The translations under genes and the position numbers were made by a program. A DNA stretch of 64,000 bases from Mustelus asterias (Eukaryota), in the NCBI RefSeq assembly GCF_964213995.1, contig NC_135804.1, positions 68,262,001 to 68,326,000 of the forward strand, in the 5' to 3' direction. Below, piece after piece: positions 13,701-24,858 of this stretch (within the stretch, counting starts at the first letter, position 1; every line of letters begins with the position of its first letter). The notes under the pieces are model-generated. The model made no database searches, was not told where the DNA came from, and worked only from the letters and a program-made list of their open reading frames with translations.

Positions 13701-15111
13701 GATACTCAAGTCGGTATTATCACGGTTAAAAGGGAAAGCACAGTAGAACGTAATGTTTCCGCCTTCTATCACATTGGCACTTTCAGGGACTTGGGACACT
13801 TTCTTCTGTGCATCTGTAACATCCATGAGCAAATACACGCTGCAGCAATTAGATACACGACAAACATAAAACGTGCTGACAATAATCATGGATGTGCGAA
13901 TTGGGGATTATTTCCTTTGAACAGACAGTATGACATACTGCAAGCAGTAACTGCACCGCTTATAACAGGTTCATGTCTCCTGCTGAGATCTGACTGCCCT
14001 GTTTTGCAATTGCTCTGCCATGCTACCTCACTTCTCTTGAAATTCATCTGATGTGAAGAGCAGATTACAGGAGAACATTCTGAATTGCATGTGTCTTCAC
14101 GGATAGAAATTGAAGGTTTATTAGATCAGGCAAGGAGCATTTCACATGATATGTGGGTGGTACGACGCCTGCCCTTTGGAATCAGTTCGGGACGAAAGGA
14201 CATCGTCCGAAATGTACTGTTGCCTCACTTATTTGATCAGTTGATATATCCTAGCACAATTTCAAATTCGCGTCATTTATTTTTTATGGTCATGATCAGA
14301 TAACCAAAAGCTCACACGCCTTTCAGCAGCTGACGGTCCTTGGTCACACACCTCGGCAACGCAGGCATATGCTGTTATTCTTACCCAAGTCTATCACGCT
14401 GTGCTTGTCTATGTTAAGTGATATTTAGCAGATACGGTTAATTTCTACATTGAATACGAAATTGCCTGTTATCTTGTTTTGCTTTATCTATGCGGCTTAT
14501 ATCTACTAACAAGGTCGCACAGAATATACAATTGACGATACTTCCCGTGTGCAATTAACAGGTTGTTGATAAATAATGCTATAGTCATGTTCCAACATCG
14601 ATGTTCAGGCCTTTGTTAGGAATATTAATTGTAACCAGTATTACATGCATAAAGTATACAACAGGCTTAATTTTAACATCAAACTTTTATAGTAGTATTG
14701 GTAACCGAATGTTTTGGAACGTAGTGCAGAGAAATGCCAAGTTCACCTAAATCAAGTTTAGAAGCTCCAAAATGCCCTGGGACTTATCCTGAATCGGTCC
14801 AAGAGACTGATCAATTGGCCATTGCAATCCTTAGTTGAAAACGGCGTTGTTATTTCTATCATCCGATTGTGCAATTGTCCTTGACGTTAATAAGACATAA
14901 TCGTGACGTTAATCCAACTAACTTCGGAACGCGCATAGCAATGCGTCGCGGGAAGCGAAAAAAAATCAATGATATCCAAAAATAATATATACATATTCAA
15001 ACGAAAAATGTAGATTTCCAGCGTTCTAAGCATTTTGCACAAGTTGAAAAGTCAAGTGGAAATACCTGAATAAATAATCGCCAACGCCAGTAACCAGGGA
15101 AGCAAACACAT
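1438..15111 (-). CDS. Gene A: non-rearranging VJ-C1 type I transmembrane IgSF receptor (multi-exon span; 3' end uncertain)
   Basis: Leader, V, C1, TM and cytoplasmic exons join in consistent phase with no stop through exon 5239-5282; similar architecture to B7-H6/NCR3LG1, SIRP, tapasin and VJ-C1/PRARP-type genes; no ortholog assignable. Confidence 0.8.
2530..2862 (+). mobile_element. tRNA-derived SINE / non-autonomous LINE derivative
   Basis: B-box-like gttcgaatc; body ...ccagacccacagca...; tail gggatgggccataaatgctggcccggccagc shared with LINE 3' ends at ~3550, 5400 and 63300. Confidence 0.65.
2870..3610 (+). mobile_element. Degraded LINE (CR1/L2 group) 3' fragment
   Basis: ccttgacattcaatggcattaccat... 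RT C-terminus, homologous to 62690-63355; ends gggcaataaatgctggc. Confidence 0.65.
4705..4857 (-). CDS. Gene A candidate cytoplasmic exon (LSSPASYENILRK...)
   Basis: Acceptor ctgttcaatcag| phase 0 matches the preceding phase-0 donor; YENI motif; either splices at CTG|GTACAA (4705) or reads on to stop at 4678. Confidence 0.5.
5239..5282 (-). CDS. Gene A short cytoplasmic exon (G-EVNSMERTEHPTNQ)
   Basis: atgaccag| acceptor and perfect CAG|GTAAGT donor; 44 nt, phase 1 to 0, in frame with the TM exon. Confidence 0.7.
5885..6192 (-). mobile_element. Degraded DeuSINE-type SINE
   Basis: ctctcaaacagcgccatggaatattttacatgcac...ccctcagttctgcact resembles the Deu core domain. Confidence 0.5.
6352..6465 (-). 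CDS. Gene A transmembrane exon (GDDNVLWYTQVYGSTGGGIMILLLVIILRKIHPVTKCK-G)
   Basis: ttttacag| acceptor, AAG|GTAGGA donor, 114 nt phase 1-1; hydrophobic stretch followed by basic stop-transfer residues. Confidence 0.8.
7150..7345 (+). mobile_element. Degraded DeuSINE-like fragment
   Basis: cactctcgcctc... head; atatccct, cattgtgg and caacacttcaaaagta motifs. Confidence 0.35.
7530..7838 (-). CDS. Gene A Ig C1-set exon
   Basis: ttccacag| acceptor, GAG|GTACAA donor, 309 nt phase 1-1; LLCKSAEFYPGNISITWY...YTCESSH C1 signature. Confidence 0.9.
8560..12640 (+). mobile_element. Old degraded CR1 LINE in gene A intron (interrupted by 9231-10559)
   Basis: Remnants of the EN domain (IMREFNYRNINW...CVEGNFLQQYV), RT and C-terminus (FFFTQ); many stops and indels. 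Confidence 0.75.
9231..10559. mobile_element. LTR-like insertion (probable solo LTR)
   Basis: TGTAA...CTACA termini; flanks ttag/taag (4-bp TSD with 1 mismatch); CR1 sequence resumes in register; minus strand has CCAAT boxes (~10340, ~10372), TATAAA (~9985) and AATAAA (~9560). Confidence 0.5.
12665..12895 (+). mobile_element. tRNA-derived SINE (HE1/V-SINE-like)
   Basis: gggcggcacggtgg...gttagcactgttgcctcacagc head; CR1-like tail cttctgcactgt. Confidence 0.75.
12985..13272 (-). mobile_element. tRNA-derived SINE
   Basis: ggactgtggga..acccagaggaaacc..cagacagtgacccaagccgggaat..gaggcagcagtgc core in reverse. Confidence 0.8.
13508..13813 (-). CDS. Gene A Ig V-set (VJ-type) exon
   Basis: gttacag| acceptor phase 1; 306 nt; NITFYC...HWWK...ATLQLLNISSGDSGVYYC...ANGTGSKLVV; donor is G|GCAAGT (GC-AG). 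Confidence 0.9.
15066..15111 (-). CDS. Gene A leader exon (MCLLPWLLALAIIYS-D)
   Basis: aaaATG, hydrophobic signal peptide, TCAG|GTATTT donor phase 1 matching the V exon. Confidence 0.8.
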
Positions 15112-16199
15112 TTTTAGAGTTGGAATTAACGACATGTTACACATCTGACCCACCCCCTTATGGTTTGGAAATATTAACTTAGAACATGTCTGAAACAGAA
15201 GGAAGCTGACGCATGAAGAGAGAAATGCTACCAGACGGAATTTGTTTTGAGATAAGATCTATGCCTATGTTTGTGTGTGATAAGTAGAGAGTCCTTCAAT
15301 AAAGCAGTGATGAAGAAGAAAGGTTGTAATAAAATATATATATGTATATTTGAGGGGATAGACTAGACCACGCTTCTGAAGAGAATCGTTTCCCCAAAGG
15401 TAATTATTGTGTTAAGTTATGGATTTCAACAAAGTCAACACGATTGATCAATCTCAAGCACAATCACAATTTCACCTCATGAACAAGACACAATTGTAGT
15501 AAGGCATAACCGCTATAAAGCATGCTGGCCTCCGACATTAAAACAGTTGCAATTGCCAACAGAGTCAAAGTTTTTGCAGCTTTTGTGGATGAAGTAGGAA
15601 GCTATAAGGTGAATGACGAAAATGACCATATGATTAAGACGCCATTCAAACTGGCGAAGTTAATAAGAATATAACGGGTGTGTGACACAGTGTAATCAGG
15701 GTGATAGACACAGTCTTTATCTGAGAACATGAATGCAAACGGTTGTGTTGCCTGGCTTTTTACCAGCGTTCGGGACATTTGCTTAATACTGGACAGGAAC
15801 ATCCATTGGGAGATCCATGAAGGTACTAAAAACAAGTAATAGCGAATAGTTACTGCTACGGATTCTGAGCAGATAGAATTTAGATTCAAATGCGAATTAC
15901 AAAAGTAATTATCTCTGGAGCATGGCTCGAGTCACCAGCAACTTTTTGCACGATAAACAAAAGTAGAGAATTGAATACGTAGCTCAGAATCTGGAAATGA
16001 TGTGTTTAGATCTAGGAGGCATTGACACCAGTACTAGGGAAAGTGGGATCTTAACTATTGGGACGGCATTCACCAGAACCGTGTTAGCAAGAATGCTCTA
16101 GGGAGTGGATGAACCAGGGTGGTGAAGACAGTTTAACATGGAATAGCAGATGGAACGAATCACGTGTGGGGAAAGAACGAGGTGATAGAGTCGAGGTTA

Positions 16200-16388
16200 A
16201 AGGTGAAGTCACCATTGTCCCAGTTGACCACAAACTTCATTCAAAGGGAAGAGTAGTGGTGAATTAATCTGAGGATTATTACACCTCAGACGAGAGTCAA
16301 GCTTGAGAAGATGGGCCTCAGCCGGTGCGGGAATGGAACACGTGCTCTTGGCATCACGATCCAGCTGTACAGTCAACCGAGCTAACGG
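16200..16388 (-). mobile_element. tRNA-derived SINE fragment within old CR1 remnants
   Basis: gccggtgcgggaatggaacacgtgct...gtcaaccgagctaac = reverse tRNA-like A/B boxes. Confidence 0.5.
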
Positions 16389-16700
16389 TGTATTATCAGT
16401 TCGGATAGGGATCAGGATTAAAAAGTGATCGAGGTAACATGGGGGGAGGTGGGGGGGGGCGAGGGGGGGGGAGTAATTTACAGTCCCCTACCGGTGGCTA
16501 AACAGTACGATAGAATATACAAGAAATAATAAATGGGGTGTGTCAGAAAGCTACCACAATCATCATGGGTGAATTTAATCCACACAGAGGTTAGGCGAAT
16601 CAAATTCGCACAGGTAACTTGGAATATAACTTCATAGAATGCATTCTGGACAATTTATTTAACGCAGCAGTTTCCAGAGGTAACCAGGCAACATTGTAGT

Positions 16701-17474
16701 GTAGTGATCCATTTTGGCAGATCCAATGGGATGGAGCAGCAGTATAAAATGAAGGGTACCATTCTTAGCAGTGTAGAGGATCAGAAGGACCTTGGGGTCC
16801 GGGTCCATAGGACTCTTAAATCGGCCTCGCAGGTGGAGGATGCGGTCAAGAAGGCGTATGGCGTACTAGCCTTCATTAATCGAGGGATTGAGTTTAGGAG
16901 TCGGGAGATAATGCTGCAGCTTTATAGGACCCTGGTTAGACCCCACTTGGAGTACTGCGCGCAGTTCTGGTCACCTCATTACAGGAAAGATGTTGAAGCC
17001 ATTGAAAGGGTGCAGAGGAGATTTACAAGGATGTTGCCTGGATTGGGGGGCATGCCTTATGAGGATAGGTTGAGGGAGCTTGGTCTGTTCTCCCTGGAGA
17101 GACGAAGGATGAGAGGTGACCTGATAGAGGTTTACAAGATGTTGAGGGGTCTGGATAGGGTGGACTCTCAGAGGCTATTTCCAAGGGCTGAAATGGTTGC
17201 TACGAGAGGACACAGGTTTAAGGTGCTGGGGGGTAGGTACAGGGGGGATGTCAGGGGTAAGTTTTTCACTCAGAGGGTGGTGGGTGAGTGGAATCGGCTG
17301 ACGTCGGTGGTGGTGGAGGCAAACTCGTTGGGGTCTTTTAAGAGACTTCTGGATGAGTACATGGGATTTAATGGGATTGAGGGCTATAGATAGGCCTAGA
17401 GGTGGGGATGTGATCGGCGCAACTTGTGGGCCGAAGGGCCTGTTTGTGCTGTGACTTTCTATGTTCTATGTTCT
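16701..17474 (+). mobile_element. Young 5'-truncated CR1 LINE
   Basis: Intact 229-aa ORF2 C-terminus, GGGCCGAAGGGCC stem, (TTCTATG)n tail, ATTGTAGT target duplication (16693-16700 / 17475-17482). Confidence 0.95.
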
Positions 17475-17799
17475 ATTGTAGTTTCAAAGACTTGTAATTG
17501 GACAAGAGTCATCAAATATTTATTTGTAATGGAACCTCTGGGCTCCATTACAATCATGTTATTTTTTCATCTCCAGCTTGAAGGAGAGAAGTGTGAATCC
17601 AAGACCTGAGTTTAAAATCTGACCAATGAGGCGAGGAAAGCAGATGCAGCCAAATTTAATTGGGAGACGAGGCTAAATGCTAAGATTCTGGAGACGAAAT
17701 GGCAGATTTTAAGGAAACTTACATAACTCAAAGAAGTAATTTATTGCAGTGAGAAAGAACGACTCAGTAAGAAGAATGCACCCTCCATGGTTGAATAAT

Positions 17800-18600
17800 G
17801 AACATGAGAACATAAGATCACAGGAAAATATGAAGAGGAGAAGGCCATTCGGCCCATCAAGCCTGCCCAGTCAATTAATATGATCATGGCCGATCTGCCA
17901 CTTCAATGTTTCTTTCCCCACATTATCCACGTTTCATTTTATCTCTTGCCATTTATAGATCTTTCAGTCTCTGAGTTCAATACGACATGGTTGAGCTCCC
18001 ATAGCCGTCTGCGGCGGAGAATTCCAAAAATTCACAGCCCTCTTACATTTCCCCTTATCTCGGCTCTAAATGTTTTTTTTCCTCCTTTTTTGAAATTGTG
18101 TTCCCTTGTTCCTAAACATCACACAATCAGGAGAAAATACGTTACCTGCATCTCCTCTGCCCATCCATTCGTATTTTGTCGGCTTCACTGGCATCACCAG
18201 TCTTTCTACGCAAATCAAGAGAGTACAGGCCCAATTTCCCCCGTATCTCTTCACGGGACTGTCCTGCCATGTGGGAACCCTTCTGATGAACTTTTGTTGC
18301 ACTTCCACTATATCAATTAAAATTTTCCGGAGGCAAAGGGGCTACACCTACACTCTCATCAAGGTTCTATACAGTAGACTTCAATAGAGTACTCACATTC
18401 CCCTACGATAAAGGTTGGTATACCATCAGTCTTCCTATTTGCCTGCAGCACCTGCATATAAACTCAGTGCCTTATTGACGAGGATATCCAAATCCTTTCG
18501 TGCAATTTCATGACATTTAGGAAATACTCTGAGCATCTGTTCCTCTTAACAATGTATGTATCTTGACATTTTCCACATTATATTCTATCTGCCAAGTTCT
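17800..18600 (-). mobile_element. Old CR1 3' fragment
   Basis: gaacataaga...ggccattcggccc tail in reverse; degraded ORF2 C-terminus. Confidence 0.65.
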
Positions 18601-18959
18601 GATTGGTTCTTGAACATACCTCTTTAGAAATCCATTCTTAACACTCCAGGAAAGCATTTTCTACAGGAGCGGTACTCATTTGTCTAGTCCCTAGTCTATA
18701 TGCAGATGAAAGTCATCCATGATTGTTGTGCTATACGTGTCTCTAATGATCTGATTAACACGCTGCCGCATACTACCACTATCGTTCTCTGGCCTATAAA
18801 CAAATTGTGACAATGTTTGTTTCGCCTTGCTCTTTCTTAGCTCCAATCAAACAGATTCCAGATTCTGTTCTTCAAATCTAAGATCATCCCTCCTGGCTGA
18901 TATTAGTGTTGTGTGACTGTCCTATGAGGAGGGATTGTTTTCACTGGGCTGTATTCAGT

Positions 18960-21100
18960 TTAATTTACAAGGACGAAAGGGGATCTGATTGAAGCATATG
19001 AAGTTCTAAAAGGAGTAGACAGATTAGATGCAGAGAGAATGTATTCCCTGGTCTGGAAATCTAAGAACCAGGGGATTCATTCTCAGATATGGAGTAGACC
19101 ATTTAGACTGAGATGAGGAAAAGTTAGATTTTGTGTCTGTTATCACTGTCTTAGAAAATTTCCCAGGATACTTGAAAGTCCCCAGATGAATGGGAGGGTT
19201 GATGCTAAAACAATTCAAGCCCTAGAGGAATGCTGCTGTAAGAACTATTAGTCCGAAAGGCTTGCAAGTCTCCAGGGCCAGATGGCCTGCAATCTACTGT
19301 CATTATCATGTGGCTGCAGAAGACTAGATGCATTGTTTACAATCTCACTAAATTGCTTAGAAGTTGGAAAGCTCCCAGATGATTGGAAAATAGCCAATGT
19401 AACACCTATATTCAAGAAATTAGCCAAAGGGAAAGTGGGAAACTACAGACCAATTAGCCTAGCATCCTTTATGTGGTAATTTATAGAATCATAGAATCAT
19501 CATAGAATCCATACAGTGCAGAAGGAGGCCATTCGGTGCATAGAGTCTGCACCGATGACAATCCCATCCATGCCTTGTTCCTGTAACCCTACGTATTTAT
19601 CCTGCCAATGCCCCTGACATTAGGGTCAATTTAACATAGCCAATCCACCTAGCCCGCACTTCTTTGGACTGTGGGAGGAAACCGGAGCACCCAGAGGAAA
19701 CCCACACAGAAACGAGGAGAATGTGCAAACTCCACACAGACAGTCACCCAAGGCTAGAATTGAACCCAGTACCTGGCACTGTGAGACAGCGGTTCCAACC
19801 ATTGTGCCACACTGCCAATTGTTGTAATCCATTAGGTAGAACCAACATTGGGTTGTTAAAGAGCAGCGAAGTTCAAATGATTCGAGTTTCTGGGGATGCA
19901 GTAGGCATGGTGAATAAAGGGGAACCCGTAGATGTGGTGTAGTTGAATTTCCAGAAAGTCATTTGATATAGTGGCACCTCAAATGTTACTCCAGGTTATA
20001 TGATTACAATGTTTATGGGGTAAGATATTAGCAAGGCTAAATGATTGTTAAGCTCGCAGGAAGGAGAGACTCACGAGAAATGGGCCTTCTTCAGGTTAGC
20101 ACGAATTGGAGTGCCAGAGAGATTAGTACTGTGAATCACCTACATCAGTGGTTTGGATGAGGGGACCGAATGCATGATATATAAATTTGCAAATGGTACG
20201 AACACAGGCATTAAGTTGTCAAAAGGAGGCAGAGAGTCTGTGTAGGTATTTAGAGAGGCTATGCAACTGAACAAAATATTGGCAGATGGAGTATAGTGCG
20301 CGAACATATGAACCTGTCTGACATGACAGGAAGAAGGAGCATGTGATTTTAATGGACAGAGATTGCACAGCTGGATGGCACAGAGGGATCTGTGTGTTCT
20401 GGTACATACATTACAAAAAGATAGTGCTCAGGTTCAACAAGTACTTCGGAAGGCAGATGGAACATTGGTAGTTATTGCACAAGACATTGAATATAAATGA
20501 AGGGGTGTCTTAGTTGAGCTGTACAGGACATTGGTGAGACATCGGAAATACTGTATACATTTCTGATCTGCTTTTTGGAATATAAGATATGATTGTTTTA
20601 GATGCAGCTCACAGAAGGTTCACTCGACTCATTCCTGTTATTGTATGAAGAAAGGGTGAACAGGTTGGACCTATACATATTAGAGTTTCGAAGAATGAAA
20701 CGTGACCTGATTAAAACACATAATATCCTGGGGCGATTTGTCATGGGTAATACCTAGAGTGTGTCTCCACTCATGGAGAGACTAGACCCAGGGTGTTCAA
20801 TTTTTCACCATTTAAGTTGGAGATGAGGAAAACGTTTGTTCTCATAGTTTCATAACTACATGTAACTCTCTTTGCCAGAAAGCAATGGAAGCTGGGTTAC
20901 TGGATTTATTCAAGGCAGAGTTAGAACGATTTTTGATACGCAAGGAAATCAAAGGCTATTGTGGTGGGTGAGGGAGGGGAGTCATAGGCGGCAAAGTGCA
21001 GTCGAGACCAAAAGCATATCAGCCATGATCTTGTGAGATGGCATAGTGGGTTCGCCGAGTTGCATAGCCTATTCTTGCTATGTGCTATGTTCCATAAGTC
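18960..21100 (+). mobile_element. Old degraded CR1 fragments
   Basis: PDDWKIANVTPIFKK..GNYRPISL and downstream RT remnants; interrupted by SINE 19485-19816. Confidence 0.75.
19485..19816 (-). mobile_element. tRNA-derived SINE (HE1/V-SINE-like)
   Basis: atagaatc tail; ggactgtgggaggaaaccggagcacccagaggaaacccac core. Confidence 0.85.
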
Positions 21101-21881
21101 CTATGTTCCAATGTTCCAGTGTGATTAAAAAAAGCAACACAATATGTTTCTCTGACTTTGTCCGTCAGTGTGCAAAATTGACATGAACAATTGAGCTTAT
21201 GTTTGCCATTGCCTATCAACCTGCTTAACAGGTGAGAAGTCAATTGTGGGCAATCGCTCATGGTGTTAAGAATATGTAAGTAATTGTATTTGATGATAAA
21301 ACCACTGAGGTAATTCAATGCACAAATCAGGACCAGAAATGTATCAATAAGATCCAATGAACTTTCAGCGAATAGAGTATTAAATTTAGGATGCATTTTA
21401 AATGAAACCGTAGACCTGATTTCGGAATTGTATTCAGGGATTATGTTTTAGAATTCCAGCCAATAACCTTACGTGTGTTTGCGGATCAGTATGTAACAAT
21501 CGAAGTGCTTGTGTTTAATTTTTACTTGCCTCCACAGAAAGCTGTTTTTTTCCTTCTTCACATAGAGATGGCAAGCCGATTGTGATCAAACCAACATTCA
21601 AAAAGACTGTCAAATGCAGAAGAAAGCTATTTTCCGTTGGTGTCACAAAGATCAGCTATTTTGCCAATGTAAATTACAATATGCTACAGGAATTTTAATA
21701 CGATACATGTAAACAGAAACCGTAGTTTGACCCTAAGATTGCTGCAGTTGAATAGTTTCACAAACTTAGTCAATTAACTTGTTAGTCTGCATCGCTATTT
21801 GTAATATCCGGTCGTTGTTCCTCAGAGTCTAAATGTAAAAGTGCCTCAAACTCCAACAGACAATCAGTTACTGCATTCGAG

Positions 21882-23082
21882 AGAAACACAAAAACATAGA
21901 AAAACTACAGCACAAAACAGGCCCTTCGGCCCCACAAGTTGTGCTGAACATATCCTAGGCCTTCTAGGCCTGCCTATAACCCTCCATCCTATTAAGTCCC
22001 ACGGACTCATCCAGAAGTCTCTTAAAATACCCTATTGAGTTTGCCTCCACCACCACTGACGGCAGCCGAATCCACTCGCCTACCACCCTCTGTGTGAAAC
22101 ACTTCCCCCTAACATTTCCCCTGTACCTACCCCCCAGCACCTTCAACCTGTGTCCTCTCATAGCAGCCATTTCCACCCTGGGAAAAAGCCTCTGAGAGTC
22201 CACCCGATCAATGCCTCTCAACATCTTATATACCTCTATTAGATCTCCTCTCATCCTACGTCTCTCCAAGGATAAAAAAAACCGAGCTCCCTCAGCCTTT
22301 CCTCATAAGGCATGCCACTCAATCCAGGCAACATCCTTGTAAATCTCCTCTGCACCCTTTCAATCTTTTCCACATCCTTCCTGTAATGAGGCGAACAGAA
22401 CTGAGCACAGTCCTCCAAGTGGGGTCTGATGAGGGTCTTATATAGCTGCATCATTATCCCCGGACTCATAAACTCAATCCCTCGATTGATAAAGGCCAGC
22501 ACACCATACGCCTTCTTAACCACCTCCTCCACCCCGCGGGGCCAATTTTAAAGTCCTATGGACCCGGACCCCAAGGTCCTTCTGATCCTCTACAGTACTA
22601 AGAGTCTTTCCCTTTACATTGTACTCCTTCATCCCATTTGACCTGCCAAAATGGACCACTACGCATTTATCTGGGTTGAAGTCCATCTGCCACTTCTCCG
22701 CCCAGTCTTGCATCCTATCTATGTCCCTCTGTAACTTCTGACATCCCTTCAGACTATCCACAACCCCACCAACCTTCGTGTCGACGGCAAACTTACCAAC
22801 CCATCCCTCCACTTCCTCTTCCAGGTCATTTATGAAAATGACAAACAGCAAGGGTCCCAGAGCATATCCCTGGGGCACACCACTGGTGATCAACCTCCAT
22901 TTAGAAAAAGGCCCACCGACACCCACTCTCTGTCTCCTTTGGGCAAGCCAGTTCTGGATCCACAGGGCAGCAGCCCCTTGGATCCCATGCCCTCTCACTT
23001 TTTCTAGAAGCCTTGCATGGGGGCCTTATCGAACGCCTTGCTAAAATCCATATAAACCACATCTACCGCTTTCCCTTCGTCA
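21882..23082 (-). mobile_element. Young 5'-truncated CR1 (frameshifted ORF2 3' part)
   Basis: ORFs 22516-22998, 22251-22532 and 21964-22269 are consecutive RT/C-terminal pieces; same subfamily as 53197-56196. Confidence 0.95.
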
Positions 23083-24198
23083 CTGATGTTGAGTAATCTT
23101 TTTTTTTCCAAAAACTTTAGAAGCTGATGATAGGAAGTTCCCATGATATAGACCAAAAGGTACAAAACGAGATGAACGTGCACCGTTCGTATCTCTAGGA
23201 TGCATTTTTAATGATTTGCTGCCCTCGTACGTGATTCTCATCGACAGAAAGAAAGCTAATGTTGCCCTCATTTTTTTATATGCAAAAGGTAATAATTTCG
23301 ATTTGATCAGCTACAAACCCATTAGTTTGACATTAGTACGAGCTAACATGCTGGAAGGAATCAATAGAGATATCACCTATGATTTTGTTTTTGGAAGAGA
23401 CCATAATTTTAATGTTGCAAAACATGAATTTTAAACGGAAGGACAGAGTATGTATTACAAATGTAATTGTATGTTTGAAGAAAGTCTGAAATCCGTGCAT
23501 GATCCAAGCCCAGCATTGCTTTCATTGTCATGTAAAAAGCTTTAGATCTGGCACTGCACAACAGAGAGCGAATGTTGATAGGATTTAAAGCTCTAGTATT
23601 AGTGATAATGTTATGAATTGGATGAAGAACTGGCTGAAAGTCGCACACAAACATGGTTATAGATTTTGATCTCTTTGGGGACCAATGATGCAAGTAATGG
23701 TCAACTATTTGGTTGGTCTTAATTATTTAGATCGATCGTTTGGACATTGGTGCTGTTGGCACATGCATCAAATTTTCAAAACTTATCAAGATGTATATGA
23801 GCCTGAGAGCTGCAGACGATGTTCTCCCGTTTCAATAGGTCTTAATGTTGTGCTGAGAGACTCTGGTCACGAATGACAAATAATACCAAATTAGTAGAAT
23901 TCCATGGTTATGCATCTGTGAATTGTAACCATTTCACCAAGTCTTCGGGGCAAAGTACCAACCAAAATGCAAACATAATGCATTCATCGCTGATGGCATA
24001 TTTTCAATGCAATAAATTTATGTCTGAAACAAGTTTGGATTGGCGGATATTCAAACAAAAAGTCATTATAAGACGATGTGTACTGTCTTGTTCATTTTAT
24101 CAGGCATTCATCTTACTTTCAGACCTTCGGTAACCTCGCAAGACTAAGATATCAAGGTGTTAAATGATTGCGAACAGAGAGCATCGTAGTTATCTTAA

Positions 24199-24323
24199 GG
24201 GCGGCACAGTTGCACAGTGATTATCATTCCTGCCTCACAGCTCCAGGGACCTGGGTTCAATTCCCAGCTTGGGTCACTGTCTGTGTGGAGTTTGCACATT
24301 CTCCCTGTGTCTGTGTGGGTTTC
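24199..24323 (+). mobile_element. SINE 5' half (split by CR1 insertion)
   Basis: gggcggcacag...gggtttc; continues at 28596 tttcctctgggtgctccggtttcctcccacagtcc. Confidence 0.85.
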
Positions 24324-24858
24324 AAAGAACAAAGAACAAAGAACAATACAGCACAGGAACAGGCCCTTCGGCCCCCCAAGCCCGCGCCGCTCCCCGGTCC
24401 AGGATTGAATCCTGAATCCAGGATCCCCGCCCAATTTTCCAGCCTATCTACATACCAATATCGTATCCACCGAGCTGTCCCTCACAGCTACGATGCTTTG
24501 TTCATTACAACCTATTAACTTACCCCCACCCCCCCATTCCAGACCATGTGATCTCCAGGGAGAGGCGAAAACCCAGAGTGAAAAACCCCAGGACCAATAT
24601 GGGGAAAAAAATCTGTGAAATTCCTCTCCGACCCCCTGAGGCGATCGAAACGAGTCCAGGAGATCACAATGGCCCCGATCGGAAAATGCTTCCCAACCCG
24701 AGTCATTTCCACTTCCACGAACACCATATGAATTCCCTGCCCCCGAGACAGGTTCCCAACTATCCGCAGTCTGTACTGGCACCAGCAAGATGATCATAGA
24801 ATGAAGCCTTGAAACGAGAAACCAGGAACAATTAGCCCGCGCCGCTCCCTGGTCCAAA

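Noticed and set aside
24630-24660. ctgaggcgatcgaaac as a hammerhead core
   Set aside because: Does not match CUGANGA and lies antisense to the LINE transcript
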